The position numbers were made by a program, and so were the translations under genes. Shown piece after piece: positions 1-11,559 of a stretch of 64,000 nucleotides of DNA. Numbering within the stretch: the stretch's first letter is position 1; each line of letters starts with the position of its first letter. The stretch covers positions 192,001-256,000 of the forward strand of contig CAWIGG010000004.1 in assembly GCA_963835575.1 (NCBI GenBank), written 5' to 3'. A model generated the notes under the pieces. The model was not told where the DNA came from. It saw nothing but the letters and a program-made list of their open reading frames with translations, and did not search any database. The DNA is from an uncultured Spirochaetota bacterium (lineage in GTDB: Bacteria > Spirochaetota > Brevinematia > Brevinematales > JAOACQ01).

Positions 1-148
1 TTCAGCGGCTAAATGAAAACAGGGTGCTCACAATAGCCTGCCCTGAGCTTGCGAAGGGACGGTCTTAGTTTTTCATTAAACCTTCAATAATAACAACTTT
101 TACAATCGGAACTCCGTAACTTACTGAAAAATAAGCGGTAAGAAAATA

Positions 149-177
149 TTGACAGATTATTTTTAACCCCTTAAAAT
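149..177 (+). promoter_or_regulatory. sigma70 promoter of rimP-nusA-infB operon
   Basis: TTGACA(149-154)-17 nt-TAAAAT(172-177). Confidence 0.75.
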
Positions 178-204
178 ATTAAAGATGATTGAACGGATAT
201 GACT

Positions 205-238
205 AAAAGGGAGTCGGATGAGCCGACTCCTTTTTTAT
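205..238 (+). promoter_or_regulatory. Leader terminator/attenuator hairpin upstream of rimP
   Basis: ggagtcgg-atgag-ccgactcc stem followed by a T-run, between the promoter and the rimP start. Confidence 0.65.
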
Positions 239-259
239 TAGCCTTTTTCAGGATCGTTT

Positions 260-733
260 ATGAAAGACAAAATCCTGGCCCTGGCCAGGGATACTGTAGA
301 GACACTGGGTTTTATTTTTGTTGAAGCGAAGATACTTATTGGAAAAAGCAGTAAAACCCTCAGGGTCGTTATTCATAAAACCGGCGCGGATGTCTCGATG
401 CAGGATTGTTCCTCGGCTTCAAATGTCATGCAGAGGCGGATCGAAATCGAGGTCCCCGGATTTTCGGAAAATTACGGCCTTGTCGTGGAATCACCCGGAG
501 CGGATAGAAAGCTCTCTTCTTTACAGGAAGTGGAGATTTTTAAAGATAGAGAAATGCGTTTTGTGCTGAAAGAGCCGGCAAAGCACGGCATGAAAGACGG
601 ACTTGCTGTAGGCCGGGTACAGAATATAACAGGCAATACACTGCGCGTCCTGACTGACGGAAAGGAACTGGAGTTCAATTGGGAGGAAATTGCCGGCGTG
701 AAGCTCTATTTTGATATGAAGAATTACCTATAA
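260..733 (+). CDS. rimP: Ribosome maturation factor RimP
   Basis: DCS...LVVESPGADRKL motif; directly upstream of nusA. Confidence 0.9.
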   Translation: MKDKILALARDTVETLGFIFVEAKILIGKSSKTLRVVIHKTGADVSMQDCSSASNVMQRRIEIEVPGFSENYGLVVESPGADRKLSSLQEVEIFKDREMRFVLKEPAKHGMKDGLAVGRVQNITGNTLRVLTDGKELEFNWEEIAGVKLYFDMKNYL

Positions 734-747
734 CTGGAGGCAATGGA

Positions 748-2109
748 ATGGCTATAGTGGATTATATTACAGAGTTTGCCAAGGAAAATAAGATCTCGAA
801 GGACCTGGCTACTCAAATTTTGAGGGAAGCTCTCATCAGCGTTTATAAAAAGAAATTCGGCAAGGAATATGATAATGTCGAGATTGAACTGGAAAAGAAA
901 CTGACCATTCATCAGATCAAGGAGATCGCCGAGACTGTCGAGAATAATGTCACTCATATCACTCTGGACGAGGGCAGGAAATACTCAAGAAAGAAAAGCC
1001 TGGGTGTAGGCGATAAGGTAAAAATACCCTTAGATATTGACAGCTTCGGCCGGCAGATCGCCCAGATTGTCAAGCAGATTTTAAAACAGAAGGTCAGCGA
1101 GATCCAGAAAGACATTATTTACAATGAATACAAGAATAAAGTCGGTGAAATCGTCGTCGGAAAAGTCAAATCCAGAATGGAGGGAAGAAATAACGGTTAT
1201 TTCGTGTCCATCGAGCCGAAAGAGGCGGAAGCTTTTCTTCCCGCTTCAGAGACAATTCCCGACGAGATTTTTGAAAGAGGGGATTTCCTTAAAGCGCTTT
1301 TGCTGCAGGTGAATGAAGTCTCAAGCCGGGAGGAATCCCAGCTCATTCTTTCCAGGGCAAGCGAGGATTTCGCCAGGCAGATGCTGCGGACAAATGTCCC
1401 CGAAATCTCGGACGGGACATTTACCATAAAGGCCATTGCCAGGAAAGCGGGCGAAGTGACAAAAGTCGTGCTTTATTCCAATGTGGACTCAATCGATCCG
1501 GTAAGTGTTACCATCGGCAAGCAGGGTTCGCGTATTAAACCCATCCGCGCCGAGCTCGGTTCTGAAAGAATTGAGATTATCCGTTATAATGAAGACTCGA
1601 AAACCCTGATAAAAAATGTTATCGCCGCGAGCCGTGTTCTCAAAAACAGGATAGCCGAAGTTTACAATATTGACCTGAACAGCGAGACAAAGAACGCGTC
1701 GGTTGTTGTCCCGAACGAATTTGTCGCCCCTCTTATAGGGAAAAAAGGCGTTCATCAAAGAATGCTTGAAAAAATCACGGGATGGCGCATCCGGTTTACG
1801 CCCTATTCCGAATATGAGATCAAGATCGCCGAAAAGCAGAAAGAAGTCGATCAGATCCTCGGTATTACCGGGAATGAAGAGGTTGAATTCATTGAGGAAG
1901 AGCAGATCCCTATTTCAATGCTTCCTTTCAGTCCCGGACAGGTCGTGATACTGCAGAACGCCGGGTTTGAAGATGTGGCTGAGATTATAGAGTATTCCAT
2001 TGAAGAGCTGGCCCGGAAATGCGAGATCAGCCTGGATGAAGCGATGATCATCTGGAAAGTGATAGAGGATAATGTGGATATTGAAGAGGAGGCTGATGGA
2101 AATGAATAA
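748..2109 (+). CDS. nusA: Transcription termination/antitermination factor NusA
   Basis: S1 and KH domains (ILSRA, VPEI.DG, ARKAG, IGKQGSRI); operon context. Confidence 0.95.
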   Translation: MAIVDYITEFAKENKISKDLATQILREALISVYKKKFGKEYDNVEIELEKKLTIHQIKEIAETVENNVTHITLDEGRKYSRKKSLGVGDKVKIPLDIDSFGRQIAQIVKQILKQKVSEIQKDIIYNEYKNKVGEIVVGKVKSRMEGRNNGYFVSIEPKEAEAFLPASETIPDEIFERGDFLKALLLQVNEVSSREESQLILSRASEDFARQMLRTNVPEISDGTFTIKAIARKAGEVTKVVLYSNVDSIDPVSVTIGKQGSRIKPIRAELGSERIEIIRYNEDSKTLIKNVIAASRVLKNRIAEVYNIDLNSETKNASVVVPNEFVAPLIGKKGVHQRMLEKITGWRIRFTPYSEYEIKIAEKQKEVDQILGITGNEEVEFIEEEQIPISMLPFSPGQVVILQNAGFEDVAEIIEYSIEELARKCEISLDEAMIIWKVIEDNVDIEEEADGNE

Positions 2110-2233
2110 AGTATTTAAATATTTAGATACTTTATTCGAGTTTTTGATGATTATGAAAAATTCTGGTTTATCTGTATGAACTGACTGAAATACAGATTTT
2201 GAGTAATTATATGGCCCGTAAGGAGGCTTGGTT

Positions 2234-4570
2234 ATGTCTGAAGAGCAGAAAAAGAAGATCATAAAAAAGATCATAAAACTGAAAGCGCCCGGCGGAACCG
2301 AGAAAAAAGTTGAATCGGTAAAAACCGCGCCTAAAGAGGCTGGCGTAAAGAAACATACAGGCCCTGCTGACCCTGCTGGAGCCGCCGTGAAAAAAACCAA
2401 GCCTGTAAAAGAAATAACCCCTCAGCCTCAGCAGAAGGAATTCAAGCCCAACGAAGCCGCCAGACCGGCCGGACAGCCGCCCCGCAGGTTTGAATATCAA
2501 AAACATAATAAAGATAACAGGGTGGAAAGACCGGGACAGCCATTCAGGCCCGGCCAGGGTTTCCAAAAACGTCCGAATCAGGGCGGCCCTTTCAACAGGG
2601 ACAGGTTCGGTTACAAGCCGTCCGAAACACCCATTGTTGAAAAAGAACAGGCGGGCAAAGGCATGCACAGGAATGTGTTTTATGACCGGCCCAAAAGCGC
2701 TTTTGACATCAAGGAAAAAAACAAAAGCAGGGAAGAGGAAATACTTCTCTCTAAAATGGAAGATTCCATCCGTAAAAAATCAAAAAAAGGCGAGGCCGCG
2801 ATACCTCCCGAAATTGAAATCGGCGAAATAATAAAGATTACCGACATGGCGAAGAAAATGAACCTGAAGGCCAGCGAGATCATACAAAGGCTGGTCGACC
2901 TCGGCGTTCAGGCCACAATAAACGATACGATAGACGCCGATACGGCTTCCATAGTCGCTTCGGAATTCAGCTGCAAGGTTAATGTAAAAAGCCTGAAAGA
3001 GGAAGTGGAAATAAAAGAGGAAGAGGATAAAGCCAAAGACCTCAAGCCCCGTTCGCCGGTGGTGACCATTATGGGGCATGTGGACCATGGCAAAACCAAG
3101 CTTCTGGACGCCATCCGGAATTCCTCAATCGCCGAGCATGAATCCGGCGGCATCACACAGCATATCGGCGCGTACCGCGTAAAAACACCCAAAGGCGAAA
3201 TTACATTCATAGATACACCCGGCCATGAAGCCTTTACGGCCATGCGCGCCAGAGGCGCCAATGTCACCGACATTGTCATTCTTGTCGTTTCAGCCGTGGA
3301 CGGGGTCATGCCCCAGACTATTGAAGCGTTAAATCATGCCAAGGCCGCCAAGGTGCCTATCATTGTCGCTGTCAATAAAATCGACCTTCCCGACGCGAGC
3401 GTTGACAGGGTCAAGCAGCAGCTTTCAGAGCATGGCGTCATGTGGGAAGAATGGGGAGGCGAATCCATTTATGTTAATGTTTCCGCTCTCAAGAAAATGG
3501 GCATTCAGGAACTCCTGGATTCCATTCTTCTGCAGGCTGAAATGATAGAGCTGAAAGCCAACCCGAACAAAAAAGGAATGGGCTATGTCATCGAATCCAA
3601 AATGGACATCGGAAGGGGCGCCGTTGCCACAGTCATTGTCAAAAACGGCAGTATCAAGACCGGGGATAATTTTGTGGCCGGCACGACAATGGGCAAGGTG
3701 AGAGGAATGTTTGACGAAAGCGGCGCCAAAATGGACATTGCTATGCCTTCCTATCCCGTTGAGATCATGGGTTTTGATGAAGTCCCCAATGCCGGCGATA
3801 AATTTTATGTTGTCGAAAACGAGGAAACGGCAAAATCCATCTCATCGAAAAGACAGGACCTAAAGAGAAGCGAAGACACTGCCAATATCAAGCGGGTTCA
3901 GATGCAGAATGCCATGGAAGCCATCACTTCCGGAACTGTAAAAGAAATAAAAGTGGTCATCAAAGCGGATGTCCAGGGTTCCGTCGAGGCGATAAAGACA
4001 TCGCTCGAAAGGGTTTCCGCGGGCGACATAAAAGTAACTGTCATCCACGCGGGGGTCGGCGCCGTGATTGAAAGCGACGTCCTTTCGGCAACAACGACGG
4101 CAAATACGGCCGAAACAGGCGTTGTCATACTGGCGTTCCGCGTACGGGTCGATTCCATAGCAAAGGAAAAAGCTGAATCGGAAGGCATCATCATAAAAAG
4201 ATTTAATATCATATATGAGCTCATTGATTATGTGGACGGACTGGTAAAAGGCATGATCAAGCCGGAAATTATAGAAAAAGTCATCGGAAGCGCCGAAATC
4301 AAAGAAATATTCAAGATCAAGGATATCGGTAAAATCGCGGGCTGTATCGTTAAAGATGGCTTTATCCGCAAGAGCGAGAAAGTGCGCCTGTTCCGCGACG
4401 GGGTCCAGGTCTGGGAAGGAAAAGTAAAGGACATCCGCCGGTTCAAAGATGAAGTGAATGAGGTCCAGGAAGGTTTTGAATGCGGGATTTCCTTAGTTAA
4501 TTACGAAAACTTCAAGAAAGGCGATATCATCGAGTGCTTTACATCCGAAGAAAAAATAAACCTGAAATAG
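2234..4570 (+). CDS. infB: Translation initiation factor IF-2
   Basis: [16 protein letters not shown] and NKID GTPase motifs; SD AAGGAGG favours ATG 2234 over TTG 2228. Confidence 0.97.
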   Translation: MSEEQKKKIIKKIIKLKAPGGTEKKVESVKTAPKEAGVKKHTGPADPAGAAVKKTKPVKEITPQPQQKEFKPNEAARPAGQPPRRFEYQKHNKDNRVERPGQPFRPGQGFQKRPNQGGPFNRDRFGYKPSETPIVEKEQAGKGMHRNVFYDRPKSAFDIKEKNKSREEEILLSKMEDSIRKKSKKGEAAIPPEIEIGEIIKITDMAKKMNLKASEIIQRLVDLGVQATINDTIDADTASIVASEFSCKVNVKSLKEEVEIKEEEDKAKDLKPRSPVVTIMGHVDHGKTKLLDAIRNSSIAEHESGGITQHIGAYRVKTPKGEITFIDTPGHEAFTAMRARGANVTDIVILVVSAVDGVMPQTIEALNHAKAAKVPIIVAVNKIDLPDASVDRVKQQLSEHGVMWEEWGGESIYVNVSALKKMGIQELLDSILLQAEMIELKANPNKKGMGYVIESKMDIGRGAVATVIVKNGSIKTGDNFVAGTTMGKVRGMFDESGAKMDIAMPSYPVEIMGFDEVPNAGDKFYVVENEETAKSISSKRQDLKRSEDTANIKRVQMQNAMEAITSGTVKEIKVVIKADVQGSVEAIKTSLERVSAGDIKVTVIHAGVGAVIESDVLSATTTANTAETGVVILAFRVRVDSIAKEKAESEGIIIKRFNIIYELIDYVDGLVKGMIKPEIIEKVIGSAEIKEIFKIKDIGKIAGCIVKDGFIRKSEKVRLFRDGVQVWEGKVKDIRRFKDEVNEVQEGFECGISLVNYENFKKGDIIECFTSEEKINLK

Positions 4571-4579
4571 GAAGATTGA

Positions 4580-4954
4580 ATGGCTACAAATAGAAGGATA
4601 CAGAGAATTAATAAAACGCTCATGAAGGAAATCAGCGAGGTGATCCTGCGGGAAGTCAAGGATCCGAGAGTGATTTCGCTGGTTTCAATAGTGGACGCGA
4701 ATATGGCGAGCGATATGAAATCCGCCAGGATTACAATCAGCATCTTCGGCAAAGACGAGCTGGAAAACCTGAAAACCCTGGAAGCGCTCAACAGCGCCGC
4801 GGGTTTTATCTCATCCGTGGTCAGTAAAGGGCTCCGTCTGAGATTCGCGCCCCATATTACTTTTGAAAGGACCCATGCGATTGAGCAGGGTGTTTCAATG
4901 TACTTCAAATTAAAGGAAATAACCGGCAATGAAGAACAAATTCAAAATCCTTGA
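4580..4954 (+). CDS. rbfA: Ribosome-binding factor A
   Basis: KDPR and LRFAPHITF motifs; follows infB. Confidence 0.93.
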   Translation: MATNRRIQRINKTLMKEISEVILREVKDPRVISLVSIVDANMASDMKSARITISIFGKDELENLKTLEALNSAAGFISSVVSKGLRLRFAPHITFERTHAIEQGVSMYFKLKEITGNEEQIQNP

Positions 4955-5933
4955 ACAAAACGCCCTTAAAAACAAATTAATAGAACTTTATAATCTGATC
5001 CTGAATTCCAGAGGCGTTATCATCGCGGGGCATGTGACGCCCGACGGCGATGATGTGTCCAGCCAGATCGTACTGGGGGAATTTCTCCAGTCCATCGGCA
5101 AAAAGTTCGTCATAGCCTGGAGCGAGGATGTTCCGAAATCCTTCCATTTTCTGCCCGATGTCAAATCAATAAAAAATATTCATAAAGAGCCGGTAAATCC
5201 CGATGATTATGACCTTTTTATCATTGTCGACTGCGGCGACATTGAAAGGATCGGCGATGTCAGACAGCTTATAAGAAGCGGCCATACCATAATAAATATT
5301 GACCACCATAAGATCAATTCAGAATTCGGGGCCATGAACATTGTCGCGGAAAACGCATGCAGCATCGGGGAAATCCTGTATTATTTCTTTATCGTCAATA
5401 AAATCCCGGTCACGCGCCAGATGGCCGTCAACCTTTACGTGTCGATTGTTACCGATACGGGTTCCTTCAGCTATGACTGCATGCATACGGAGGTCCATCT
5501 GATCGCCGCCGACCTGCTCGAGAGGGGAATCGTCCCGTCCGATTTTAACATTTTCCTATACCAGAGTAAATCCTACTCTTATATTAAACTGCTGACATCC
5601 GTCCTGTCGCGTCTCGAGCTCATCGAAAACGGGAAAATCGCTTTTTCTCATTTACCCTTATCTGATTTTGCCGGAAACATAGAGGATGAAACGGACGGCA
5701 TTATCGAATATCTCGGCATGCTGGAAAGCGTTTCCGTTTACGTCCTGATAAAGGAAAAAACGCCGGGAGTCTTTACGGCCAGCATGCGGAGCAAATTCAA
5801 TGTGGATGTGGCGAAAATCGCGTCCCGGTTCAACGGCGGCGGCCATATGCGCGCGGCGGGATGCCGGACCGAAAAATTGAGCTATGATGAATTCAAGAAC
5901 AAGATCATTTCACTTATCAAAAAACAGCTTTGA
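4929..5933 (+). CDS. DHH/DHHA1 phosphoesterase (NrnA-like oligoribonuclease/pAp phosphatase)
   Basis: H..PDGD, DHH, TDTGSF and GGGH.RAAG motifs. Confidence 0.9.
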   Translation: MKNKFKILEQNALKNKLIELYNLILNSRGVIIAGHVTPDGDDVSSQIVLGEFLQSIGKKFVIAWSEDVPKSFHFLPDVKSIKNIHKEPVNPDDYDLFIIVDCGDIERIGDVRQLIRSGHTIINIDHHKINSEFGAMNIVAENACSIGEILYYFFIVNKIPVTRQMAVNLYVSIVTDTGSFSYDCMHTEVHLIAADLLERGIVPSDFNIFLYQSKSYSYIKLLTSVLSRLELIENGKIAFSHLPLSDFAGNIEDETDGIIEYLGMLESVSVYVLIKEKTPGVFTASMRSKFNVDVAKIASRFNGGGHMRAAGCRTEKLSYDEFKNKIISLIKKQL

Positions 5934-5947
5934 ATCATAAGAATCTT

Positions 5948-6033
5948 CCGCTAATCCACGCGAATTCACGCTAATTTATTATTTTCTTCCAAATCACTCA
6001 ATTTTCTTCGCGTCCATTCGCGTGAATTAGCGG
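5948..6033. repeat. Intergenic inverted repeat built from ~10-nt tandem units
   Basis: ccgctaatccacgcgaattcacgctaa ... ttcgcgtccattcgcgtgaattagcgg. Confidence 0.75.
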
Positions 6034-6238
6034 ATTATCCGTTCTTCAGAAAAGCAATACCTCATCCTTCAGCAGGCTCGGGAACCAGGCATAACATTCC
6101 GGAGGAACACGCCAAATTACATCAAATTTAAAATTCAAAATCTTGATTTGACAGCTTCCGAAATCCTTTTTAGATTGAATATTTTTCATATTCTTATTAA
6201 AATATCCAGATGAATACAGAATATACGGAGGTCCCATT

Positions 6239-7525
6239 ATGACATTTAAAGTAAAGGCCGCTGCTATCGGCGGGCTCTGTCTGATTCTTTTCTCAGCATC
6301 CCTTCTTTTCAGCGAAAGCACAGAGATAAAAGCGGATTTCTCAAAGCTGACTGTCAAAATAAAGCCGGAATCGATCCGCGGCGTTAATGTGAATAATTCC
6401 ATGCAGATCGCCGCCGTCAGGGATAAAATAAAGCTCATGAAAATACCGACGATCACTTATCCCGCCGGGAATATAGGCGATGAAAGCGATATGAACAACA
6501 AGGCCAATTTGAGCTTCTTCTCGCTTCAGCAGGGAATGCTGGGGAACCCGTTCACGTTTGTCCAGGTACGCGTTTTTAACGGAACCGTCGAAGGCGCAGT
6601 CAATTCAATCCCGTCAGCCGCCACTAACGACGTCCGCGTGGATGTCTGGAGCATCGGGAACGAGCCGGACCTTTACTACCGGAACAACGCGCCCGACTGG
6701 ACCTCTGATAAATACAACAAGGTATTCCGGGAATATGTCACCGCCATGAAAAAGACCTATCCGAACCTGAAAGCCGCCGGACCGATGGTCAGCCAGCCGA
6801 AAGACGACTGGATCAAGAGTTTTATAAAGGAAAATGGGGACCTTGTGGACGTCATGGCCTGGCACTGGTACCCGACTGACGGCAGCTGGTCGGACCCGGC
6901 GGCGATCGGTACGGCGCCCATGATTGTCGATCAGATCAAACGCTACAGGGAATGGCTCAAGGACCCGGCCATGAACCCGAAAGGCTATAACAGGGATATC
7001 AAACTGGCCCTGACGGAATACGCCATACACTGGAATACGCCGAAGGCCACACAGCTTGCCGATATGACCGGCGCGATCTGGACGGCGGAAGTGATGGGCT
7101 ATTTAGCGCAGAGCCAGATAGACTATTCGCACTATTTCTGTCTGGGCGCTTACGGCGGGCATGCTGTTTTTGAGCCCAACTCTAACATCCGCAGGCCTGT
7201 TTATTACGTCTTCGCTTTTTACGGCAGCCACTTCGGGGACCAGATGGTTTCCGCTTCTTCTTCGGATAATGAAGTCAAAACATTCGCGAGCATCGACAGC
7301 GACGGCATAAAGCATCTGATTGTTATTAACGAAAACGCTTCCGACAGTAAAGAATTATCAATCACACTTGAGGGATTAACCCAGAATATAAAGAACGTAA
7401 AAGGCTTTCTGCTGAGCAAGGAATCGAACGGCAAGGATATGGACCCCAAGCTGATAAAGAAAGCTTTTAGAAAATTGACGGTAAGCATGCCGGCTTTTTC
7501 AGTGGCCGCGTTTGATATTGAATAA
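6239..7525 (+). CDS. Secreted clan GH-A glycoside hydrolase (GH44/51/79-like)
   Basis: Signal peptide, WSIGNEPD acid/base motif, ALTEY nucleophile motif, C-terminal beta-sandwich. Confidence 0.7.
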   Translation: MTFKVKAAAIGGLCLILFSASLLFSESTEIKADFSKLTVKIKPESIRGVNVNNSMQIAAVRDKIKLMKIPTITYPAGNIGDESDMNNKANLSFFSLQQGMLGNPFTFVQVRVFNGTVEGAVNSIPSAATNDVRVDVWSIGNEPDLYYRNNAPDWTSDKYNKVFREYVTAMKKTYPNLKAAGPMVSQPKDDWIKSFIKENGDLVDVMAWHWYPTDGSWSDPAAIGTAPMIVDQIKRYREWLKDPAMNPKGYNRDIKLALTEYAIHWNTPKATQLADMTGAIWTAEVMGYLAQSQIDYSHYFCLGAYGGHAVFEPNSNIRRPVYYVFAFYGSHFGDQMVSASSSDNEVKTFASIDSDGIKHLIVINENASDSKELSITLEGLTQNIKNVKGFLLSKESNGKDMDPKLIKKAFRKLTVSMPAFSVAAFDIE

Positions 7526-7544
7526 GATTTGGATAAAAATACTT

Positions 7545-7575
7545 AAGGCGCATCTTTCCGGATGCGCCTTTTTTA
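7545..7575 (+). terminator. Rho-independent terminator
   Basis: aaggcgcatc-tttccg-gatgcgcctt plus T-run. Confidence 0.8.
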
Positions 7576-7665
7576 TTATTGATTAAATATTATTAAACAT
7601 CCCTCTTTTGCTGACCCCAATTCGGCAGGATCAACAGGATTGAACAGAATTTTCAGGATAGGGTA

Positions 7666-7779
7666 TTAGCCACAGAATGTCACGGAAAAACACTGAACTT
7701 ATTCCATTTGTGTCAGTATGTTAAACTTATAATTTTATATGTTTTATTTCCGTGTACTTCTGTGTCATTCTGTGGCTAA
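7666..7779. repeat. Intergenic inverted repeat of ~10-nt tandem units
   Basis: ttagccacagaatgtcacggaaaaacactgaa ... ttccgtgtacttctgtgtcattctgtggctaa. Confidence 0.75.
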
Positions 7780-7863
7780 CCCCGTGATTTTACTCAATAC
7801 AATCAATAATAAAACACAAAGCCAGTTTCCATTATATTGCGCTCTAACCGTCCATAGCCTATA

Positions 7864-8832
7864 ATGATATCTATGCAGAATAATTATTCATTCACCATTA
7901 CAAAAGAGCTGGAAAGCTTGCGCCTTGATTCGGCTATAACGGCATACTGCCTTGAGAACTCCATCGAGCTGTCGAGGAGCGCTTTAAAGGCGCGGGAGAT
8001 GCCCGTCTCCGTCAACGGCCGGGGTGAAAAGCTCAGCTTCAAAGTCAGGGAAGGCGATAAAATTGAATTCACATTTATCGGGCCTAAAGCTCTAAATGCG
8101 ACCCCTCAGCCTGTCGAATTCGGCATAGTATACAGGGACGAAGACATCGCCGTGATCAACAAACCGTACGGGCTGACCGTTCATCCGGCCAGGGGGCATG
8201 AAGACCGCACCCTTGTGAACGGCCTTCTGTATTACTTCGATCAGAAATTACCGTCGCATGGAGGCGACGAGCGCCCCGGAATAGTCCACCGCCTGGACAA
8301 GGACACGGCCGGGCTGATGATCGTGGCGCTCAATGAAAAAGCGCATCACCGCCTGACTGAGGATTTTAAAAACAGGAAAATCGGCAAGATATACCATGCC
8401 GTTCTGAAAGGGACGCTTGATAAAGAAGGCCGGATAGAAGCACCCATCGGCCGTTCAAAGAGAGACAGAAAAAAAATGGCTGTCATCCCGGCCGGAAGGC
8501 CGTCAGTTACGGAATACCATGTCCTTGAGTACCTCAAAGACCACAGCTACATCGAAATCAACCTGCTTACCGGAAGGACGCACCAGATCCGCGTTCATTT
8601 TTCCAGCATCGGCCACCCTGTCGCCGGAGACCCTCTTTATTCCCGCGGCTTTAATCAATATGGGCTGACTGGGATCGCCCTCTGTTCGAAAAAGCTTTCT
8701 TTTACCCATCCGGTCAGCGGAAGGCCTCTGAATTTCGAGATCGACCTTCCTGAAGAGATGCAGAATCTTATTAATAAGTTAAGGACCGAACAAACCCCTT
8801 TTAAAATTGAGAATTCCATCAATAAAGCTTAA
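7864..8832 (+). CDS. RluA/RluD-family RNA pseudouridine synthase
   Basis: S4-like N-terminus, NKP.G..VHP, HRLDKDTAG, TGRTHQIRVH, GDPLY. Confidence 0.93.
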   Translation: MISMQNNYSFTITKELESLRLDSAITAYCLENSIELSRSALKAREMPVSVNGRGEKLSFKVREGDKIEFTFIGPKALNATPQPVEFGIVYRDEDIAVINKPYGLTVHPARGHEDRTLVNGLLYYFDQKLPSHGGDERPGIVHRLDKDTAGLMIVALNEKAHHRLTEDFKNRKIGKIYHAVLKGTLDKEGRIEAPIGRSKRDRKKMAVIPAGRPSVTEYHVLEYLKDHSYIEINLLTGRTHQIRVHFSSIGHPVAGDPLYSRGFNQYGLTGIALCSKKLSFTHPVSGRPLNFEIDLPEEMQNLINKLRTEQTPFKIENSINKA

Positions 8833-8871
8833 AATAATGCAGAAAATAAATATAATAGGAAAAATCAACTT

Positions 8872-9537
8872 GTGAGCATATTAAATAAAATTTATCACAA
8901 TAGATTATTTTCAATGCTTTTTCATACATTACTGTATACATTGAAAAAAGAGCTGTCTGACTGTAAGACTGTGCTCGACCTGGGGTGCGGCCCTTCCTCC
9001 CCGCTTCAGCATTGCGGAAACATACAATACAGCGTCGGTGTGGAAGCGTTTAAGCCTTATCTCGATGAGTCCAGGAAAAACAAAATCCATTCGGAATATC
9101 TGCAGAAAAACATCCTGGAATTGGATTACCCCGATAACAGCTTCGACGCCGTAATCCTGATAGAAGTGCTTGAGCACCTGCCGGAAGAACAGGGCCTGGA
9201 AATCCTGAAAAAGGCTGAAAAATGGGCCGGGAAAAAAGTTGTTGTGACATCGCCCAACGGTTTTGTCAGCCAGAAGGAACTCGATAATAACCCCCTGCAG
9301 AATCATCTTTCGGGCTGGGATGCCAAAAAAATGAAATCCCTGGGTTACAGGAGCCGCGGGTTGGCCGGACTAAAAGGACTGAGGCAGGAAGCGCAGTCTG
9401 ACTCCATGGATGAAATCACCTCAACCATCCGGTTCAGGCCCAGGTTTTTCTGGTTTATCATCGCGACCCTCAGTCAAATATTTACTTATTTTATACCGGG
9501 GCTGGCCTTCGAATTATTCAGCGTAAAAAAGAAATGA
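8872..9537 (+). CDS. Class I SAM-dependent methyltransferase
   Basis: VLDLGCG, FDAV...EVLEHL, TSPN. Confidence 0.85.
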   Translation: MSILNKIYHNRLFSMLFHTLLYTLKKELSDCKTVLDLGCGPSSPLQHCGNIQYSVGVEAFKPYLDESRKNKIHSEYLQKNILELDYPDNSFDAVILIEVLEHLPEEQGLEILKKAEKWAGKKVVVTSPNGFVSQKELDNNPLQNHLSGWDAKKMKSLGYRSRGLAGLKGLRQEAQSDSMDEITSTIRFRPRFFWFIIATLSQIFTYFIPGLAFELFSVKKK

Positions 9538-9549
9538 CCCGGCAGACGC

Positions 9550-10572
9550 CTAATTCTTAGGTTCGCTGATATTGTATTCAAACCGGATATGCTTCAGGAA
9601 TTGAGAATAGAGTTTCTTTTTATACCAGTCAACCATCGGGATCAATATAAAAGCCGGCAATATAATACATCCCAGGCTGAAAAACCAGAAACGGAGCGAC
9701 AGAAGATTTTGAGGCCTGTATTTGATCAAATAAAAAATCTCCCTTAAAAGATACCTGTATTTCCCATAGTTCCTGATCTGCACCAGGCCGACATAATTTT
9801 TAGAGGCGATATTTTTGATACAGAATTCCTTTATCTTCTTAAACTCCGGTTCGCTGTAAACCGACTGAAACATCTCAACCCAGCTTTTCACCGGGGATTT
9901 TTTGTAAATCGAGGACAATAAACGGGTCTGGCTGGTCGCTATTCTGACGGCTATGGTGTAGTCCTTGAGAAAAACGACCGGGCGCTTTTTCAAAATGGAA
10001 GCAAATGGATAGATGTGGCATGGAAATATGTCCTCATGAAACGGAAGGTCCATAAATTTCTTCCTGAAAGCAAGGCCCGACAGCTGTCCCAGGGTATCAA
10101 ACATGCACCGGATCCTTTCCGGACTGTCATGGATGGAAACTATTTCATCCGCGTCCGGGTTCAGCTGCCCGGTTGCCCTGACCGGCCGGTCGATAGATTC
10201 CTGGAACCAGTAATACGGTCTTGTCACAGCCCCGATTCCGGCATCCTTCCTGAATATTTCACAGGTCCTCATCAGGGCATCTTTGGCCAGAATATCATCC
10301 TGACCCATTAAGAAGAGTATATCCCCGTTAGCTTTTTTGCGGCATTCCTCCAGGTTTTTCGGATAGCCCAGATTGACGCTGTTCTTATAAAAATGAATCC
10401 TCTTGTCCTTTATGGAACGGACAACCTCTTCGGTATTATCTTTTGAGACGTCATCCTGGATGATGATTTCATAATTTGTAAAGCCTTGGTTTAAAATGCT
10501 GTTGAGGGTCTCTTTCAACACGTAACCGCCGTTATAGGTCGGTATGAGAATACTGAAAAACAAACCATCCAT
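9550..10572 (-). CDS. Glycosyltransferase family 2
   Basis: SILIPTYN, DDVSKDNT, QDD motifs. Confidence 0.88.
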   Translation of the reverse strand: MDGLFFSILIPTYNGGYVLKETLNSILNQGFTNYEIIIQDDVSKDNTEEVVRSIKDKRIHFYKNSVNLGYPKNLEECRKKANGDILFLMGQDDILAKDALMRTCEIFRKDAGIGAVTRPYYWFQESIDRPVRATGQLNPDADEIVSIHDSPERIRCMFDTLGQLSGLAFRKKFMDLPFHEDIFPCHIYPFASILKKRPVVFLKDYTIAVRIATSQTRLLSSIYKKSPVKSWVEMFQSVYSEPEFKKIKEFCIKNIASKNYVGLVQIRNYGKYRYLLREIFYLIKYRPQNLLSLRFWFFSLGCIILPAFILIPMVDWYKKKLYSQFLKHIRFEYNISEPKN

Positions 10573-10589
10573 CCTTTTTTATCCTTTCA

Positions 10590-11486
10590 TTACTTATTTT
10601 TTCTGAGAAAGAACCTGGTCCCGACCATAAACCGGAGAAAGTACATCCCGGATGTGAGCAGCGGATGGGATAACAGCTTGATCCATTTTCCTTTTTCCAG
10701 AAAAACCCCCAGGAAGCGGTAGAAAAACCCGAACTGTTTTTTGATGTCCGGGTTGTTCCTGCCCCATTTCCGGATATAGCCGTCAAAACTCCGGGCATAA
10801 TAACCCTTCTTGGCCAGGTATTTCTTTAAGTCAAATTCCGATTCATTGTGGTATATCACATTTTGATATTGCAAGGGGTCCACACCATTATTGTTAATAA
10901 AATCCGCCATGTCCCATTTCAGAGCGCCGCCGGGCTTTCCCGGCAGTAACAGGCCGATCCTGCCGTTTTGCCTGATCTTTTTATCCATGTCCCAGTCTTC
11001 CGGGCCGCTCATGGCGGTATCAAATCCGCCTGTTTTAACAAAAGCTTCTTTTAAAAAAAAACGCACTCCGTCAATGACAGTTCCGTTATAAAAACTCCTT
11101 TCGAAACGCCGGACTTTGCTCCAGTAGCTTCTTCCCAGCACAATTTCCGGAATATGCAGAGCGGAGTATGGGCCGGTATTGATAAAAGCCAGGCAGTTTT
11201 CAATAAGACCGGGCGACAAAACCATATCCGCGTCGGCATACATTACGTATTTGCCGCCTGACTGATCGATCATTCCATAGTTCCGCTGGGCTGAGCGCTC
11301 CGGCCCTTTATTGAAAACGCGGGCATTATGGGCCAGGGCTATTTCCCTTGTTTTATCGGTTGAGCCGTTGTCGACAACAATGATTTCAATGTTTTTATAA
11401 GTCTGAAGTTCAATGCTTTTAATGCAGTTACCGATATTTTTTTCTTCGTTTTTTGTTGTGATTATGATGGAAACCAGATCAGCCAT
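10590..11486 (-). CDS. Glycosyltransferase family 2
   Basis: SIIITTKNEE, VDNGSTD, DAD, EDWD motifs. Confidence 0.9.
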   Translation of the reverse strand: MADLVSIIITTKNEEKNIGNCIKSIELQTYKNIEIIVVDNGSTDKTREIALAHNARVFNKGPERSAQRNYGMIDQSGGKYVMYADADMVLSPGLIENCLAFINTGPYSALHIPEIVLGRSYWSKVRRFERSFYNGTVIDGVRFFLKEAFVKTGGFDTAMSGPEDWDMDKKIRQNGRIGLLLPGKPGGALKWDMADFINNNGVDPLQYQNVIYHNESEFDLKKYLAKKGYYARSFDGYIRKWGRNNPDIKKQFGFFYRFLGVFLEKGKWIKLLSHPLLTSGMYFLRFMVGTRFFLRKNK

Positions 11487-11559
11487 TATTCATCCTTTAA
11501 TTCATGAATTATCAATTTATTATACTATATCAGTAATTTTATATCCAAAACTATTCGGA

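Noticed and set aside
1..115. Possible IS end (caacttttacaatcggaactc)
   Set aside because: Any partner end and transposase lie outside the window; cannot be verified.
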